Source of the DNA: Lama glama
Taxonomy: Eukaryota
Assembly (NCBI GenBank): GCA_028534125.1
Contig: CM052817.1
Coordinates: forward strand, 14,634,001-14,698,000
DNA length: 64,000 nucleotides
Direction of reading: 5' to 3'
Under the pieces are notes generated by a model. That model saw only the letters and a list, made by a program, of their open reading frames with translations, searched no databases and was not told the DNA's origin. Shown piece by piece: positions 62,195-64,000 of this stretch (position 1 is the stretch's first letter; each line of letters opens with the position of its first letter). Position numbers and translations under genes: made by a program.

Positions 62195-64000
62195 AGCTAG
62201 AATTACTGGGACCAGACCTGTCCACCATCATAAAGAACTAGAAAAACAGACAAAATATGTGAAACAACTGTTTCTGGACTTTCGAGAAATGCAGCAAAGA
62301 ACTAGGACCCCCCAAGAGAGAAACAATCAAAGTGAGCACCATAGTCACCCCAGCTTTCTGTCTGGAAGTACAGACGTGCTGGAAGGAAGCACAAGTAGAG
62401 CATGGGATTGCCATTGAGTTCATGAAGGGAAGACTGGAATTCAGGGAAGCTGAAGTGGTTGGAATTTGTGGGAAAGAACCAGAGATGAGGGCACCATACA
62501 AAGAGCGAGCTACAGGAATCTGCACAGGAATCTGCTCCAGACTCTTAACTGAACACTAAGCTGTGCACACATAGGGTGAATTTCACAGAATCAGGAAAGA
62601 ACAACTGAGAAACTATCAGAGCTCATGTTGGACTGAGAGATATCTGAGTTTAATGGCCAGTGTGGACATGCCGCTTTGCCCCTTGAGAGCAGTGCCCACT
62701 GTGAATAGAGATCTGAGAATATCACTGCTAAGGGGTAGGGGTTAACTAGTCTTACAGCGACGGCTACCCAGCACAAGCCTTTACAAACAAGCCTCCAAAG
62801 AATCGAACAAACCCACAAGTAATTTAACTAACTTCCAGGGGAAAAAATATGCTCCTTAAGACAAAAGAAACAAATACTCAAAGCAAAGAATCGCAATGAG
62901 CAGGCTTCAGTTAAAACTAGTAGACCAAGAAGCTGAAAAATGTGGTCCAATAACTAGGAAAAAAAATCAGTCAGTAGAAAAAAATCACTAGAAATTACTT
63001 AAATGATGGAATTACAGAGACTTAACAGAGGTATTATAAATATCAATATTTTTATAAAAACATGCACATAATGAGAAATTACAAAGAAGGACTAAATAAA
63101 ATCATGGAGATATAATATTCAATACCTGAAATGAATAACTCACTGGATGAACTTAAGAGAGATTAGAAATCTTAGAAGAGAAGATCAGTGAACTTGAAAA
63201 TACAGCAATAGAAATTATCCAAACTGAAAAACAGTGAAAAAAAACAAAAACAAAACAAAAATAACAGACAAAAAATGAACAAAACTTCAATGATTTGGAG
63301 GCAACTGTGGGCTAAATTATGTGTAATACAAAAAAATTTCAAAGGAATAGGCTGTGGATTTTATAAATTTTGTGAAAATAAACACACAGATCCAAGAAAT
63401 ACATACACATTGAAAACCACACCAAACACATAATGACATTTCTGAAAATCAATGATTATAGAGGAAAATCTTAAAAGTAATAAGAAAGAAAAATATTTTA
63501 CAATAAACTAATTCATCAAAGGACATAACAATCTTAAGTTTGTATGTACCTAATTACAGAATTTCAAATACATGAAAAGCAAAATGACAGAAAAGGAAAG
63601 AAGTAGACAAATCCAAAACTATGGCTAGAGACTTCAACATCCCTCTCTCAGTAAGTGACAGAATAATTAAAGAGAAACCAGTAATACAGACATCTCAAAC
63701 ACCACCATCAATCTAACCTAAATTACATTTATAGAATGCTCTATCCAGCAACACTAAAATGCACATTCTTTACAGATGCTCGTAAAACATTCAACAAGAT
63801 AGATCACATGCTGAGTATAAATTAATTTTTAAAGGACTAAAGACATACAACGTGTGTTCTTTGATGAGAAAGGAATTAAATGGAATCAATAAAAGTAAAG
63901 ATAACTGGAAAAATCTCCCAACGTCAAAGAATAAATGACGAGGAAAGTTTAAAATTATTTTTAAATGACTAAAAATGAAAAAAAAAATGGAAGGAACAAG
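62195..64000 (+). mobile_element. Ancient L1 5' portion: 5'UTR, decayed ORF1, then ORF2 endonuclease region; runs off the window
   Basis: ORF1 remnant (gaagagaagatcagtgaacttgaaaatac); EN remnant tatgtacctaat...agagacttcaacatccctctctcag (YAPN...GDFNTPLS). Confidence 0.85.

Noticed and set aside
1..64000. ORF-track entries as protein-coding genes
   Set aside because: All are short, mostly within repeats or low-complexity DNA, and none resembles a known cellular protein. The only recognisable peptides are L1 ORF2 remnants.
1..64000. CRISPR array, prokaryotic defence system or intact retroviral genes
   Set aside because: No regularly spaced repeat-spacer structure, operon-like ORFs or long gag/pol/env frames; the sequence is clearly mammalian.

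Overview
This is mammalian nuclear DNA, most likely from a camelid. That is an inference from two short tRNA-derived Vic-1-type SINEs and young L1 3' ends of the camel/alpaca type. The window is intronic or intergenic and dense in ancient interspersed repeats (MIR, L2, CR1/L3, old L1M, MLT1/MaLR LTRs, MER20, MER104), with a few lineage-specific L1 and SINE insertions and a 500-N assembly gap at 7740-8239. I could not recognise any protein-coding exon, tRNA/rRNA gene, CRISPR array or prokaryotic system. The ORF-track entries are repeat-derived or chance ORFs. The best-supported oddities are a TSD-flanked, 5'-truncated retrocopy of an unidentified polyadenylated RNA inside a multiply nested L1 (27.7-28.9 kb) and a twin-primed inverted L1 (29.8-30.7 kb). 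More speculative are a CpG-rich candidate minus-strand promoter/first exon (38.5-39.1 kb), a nearby candidate exon encoding MGCCR, motif-dense candidate enhancers, and patches of old repeats shifted toward G/C (possible gBGC footprints). Repeat subfamily names are from recalled consensus sequences and boundaries are approximate; RepeatMasker/Dfam was not run.
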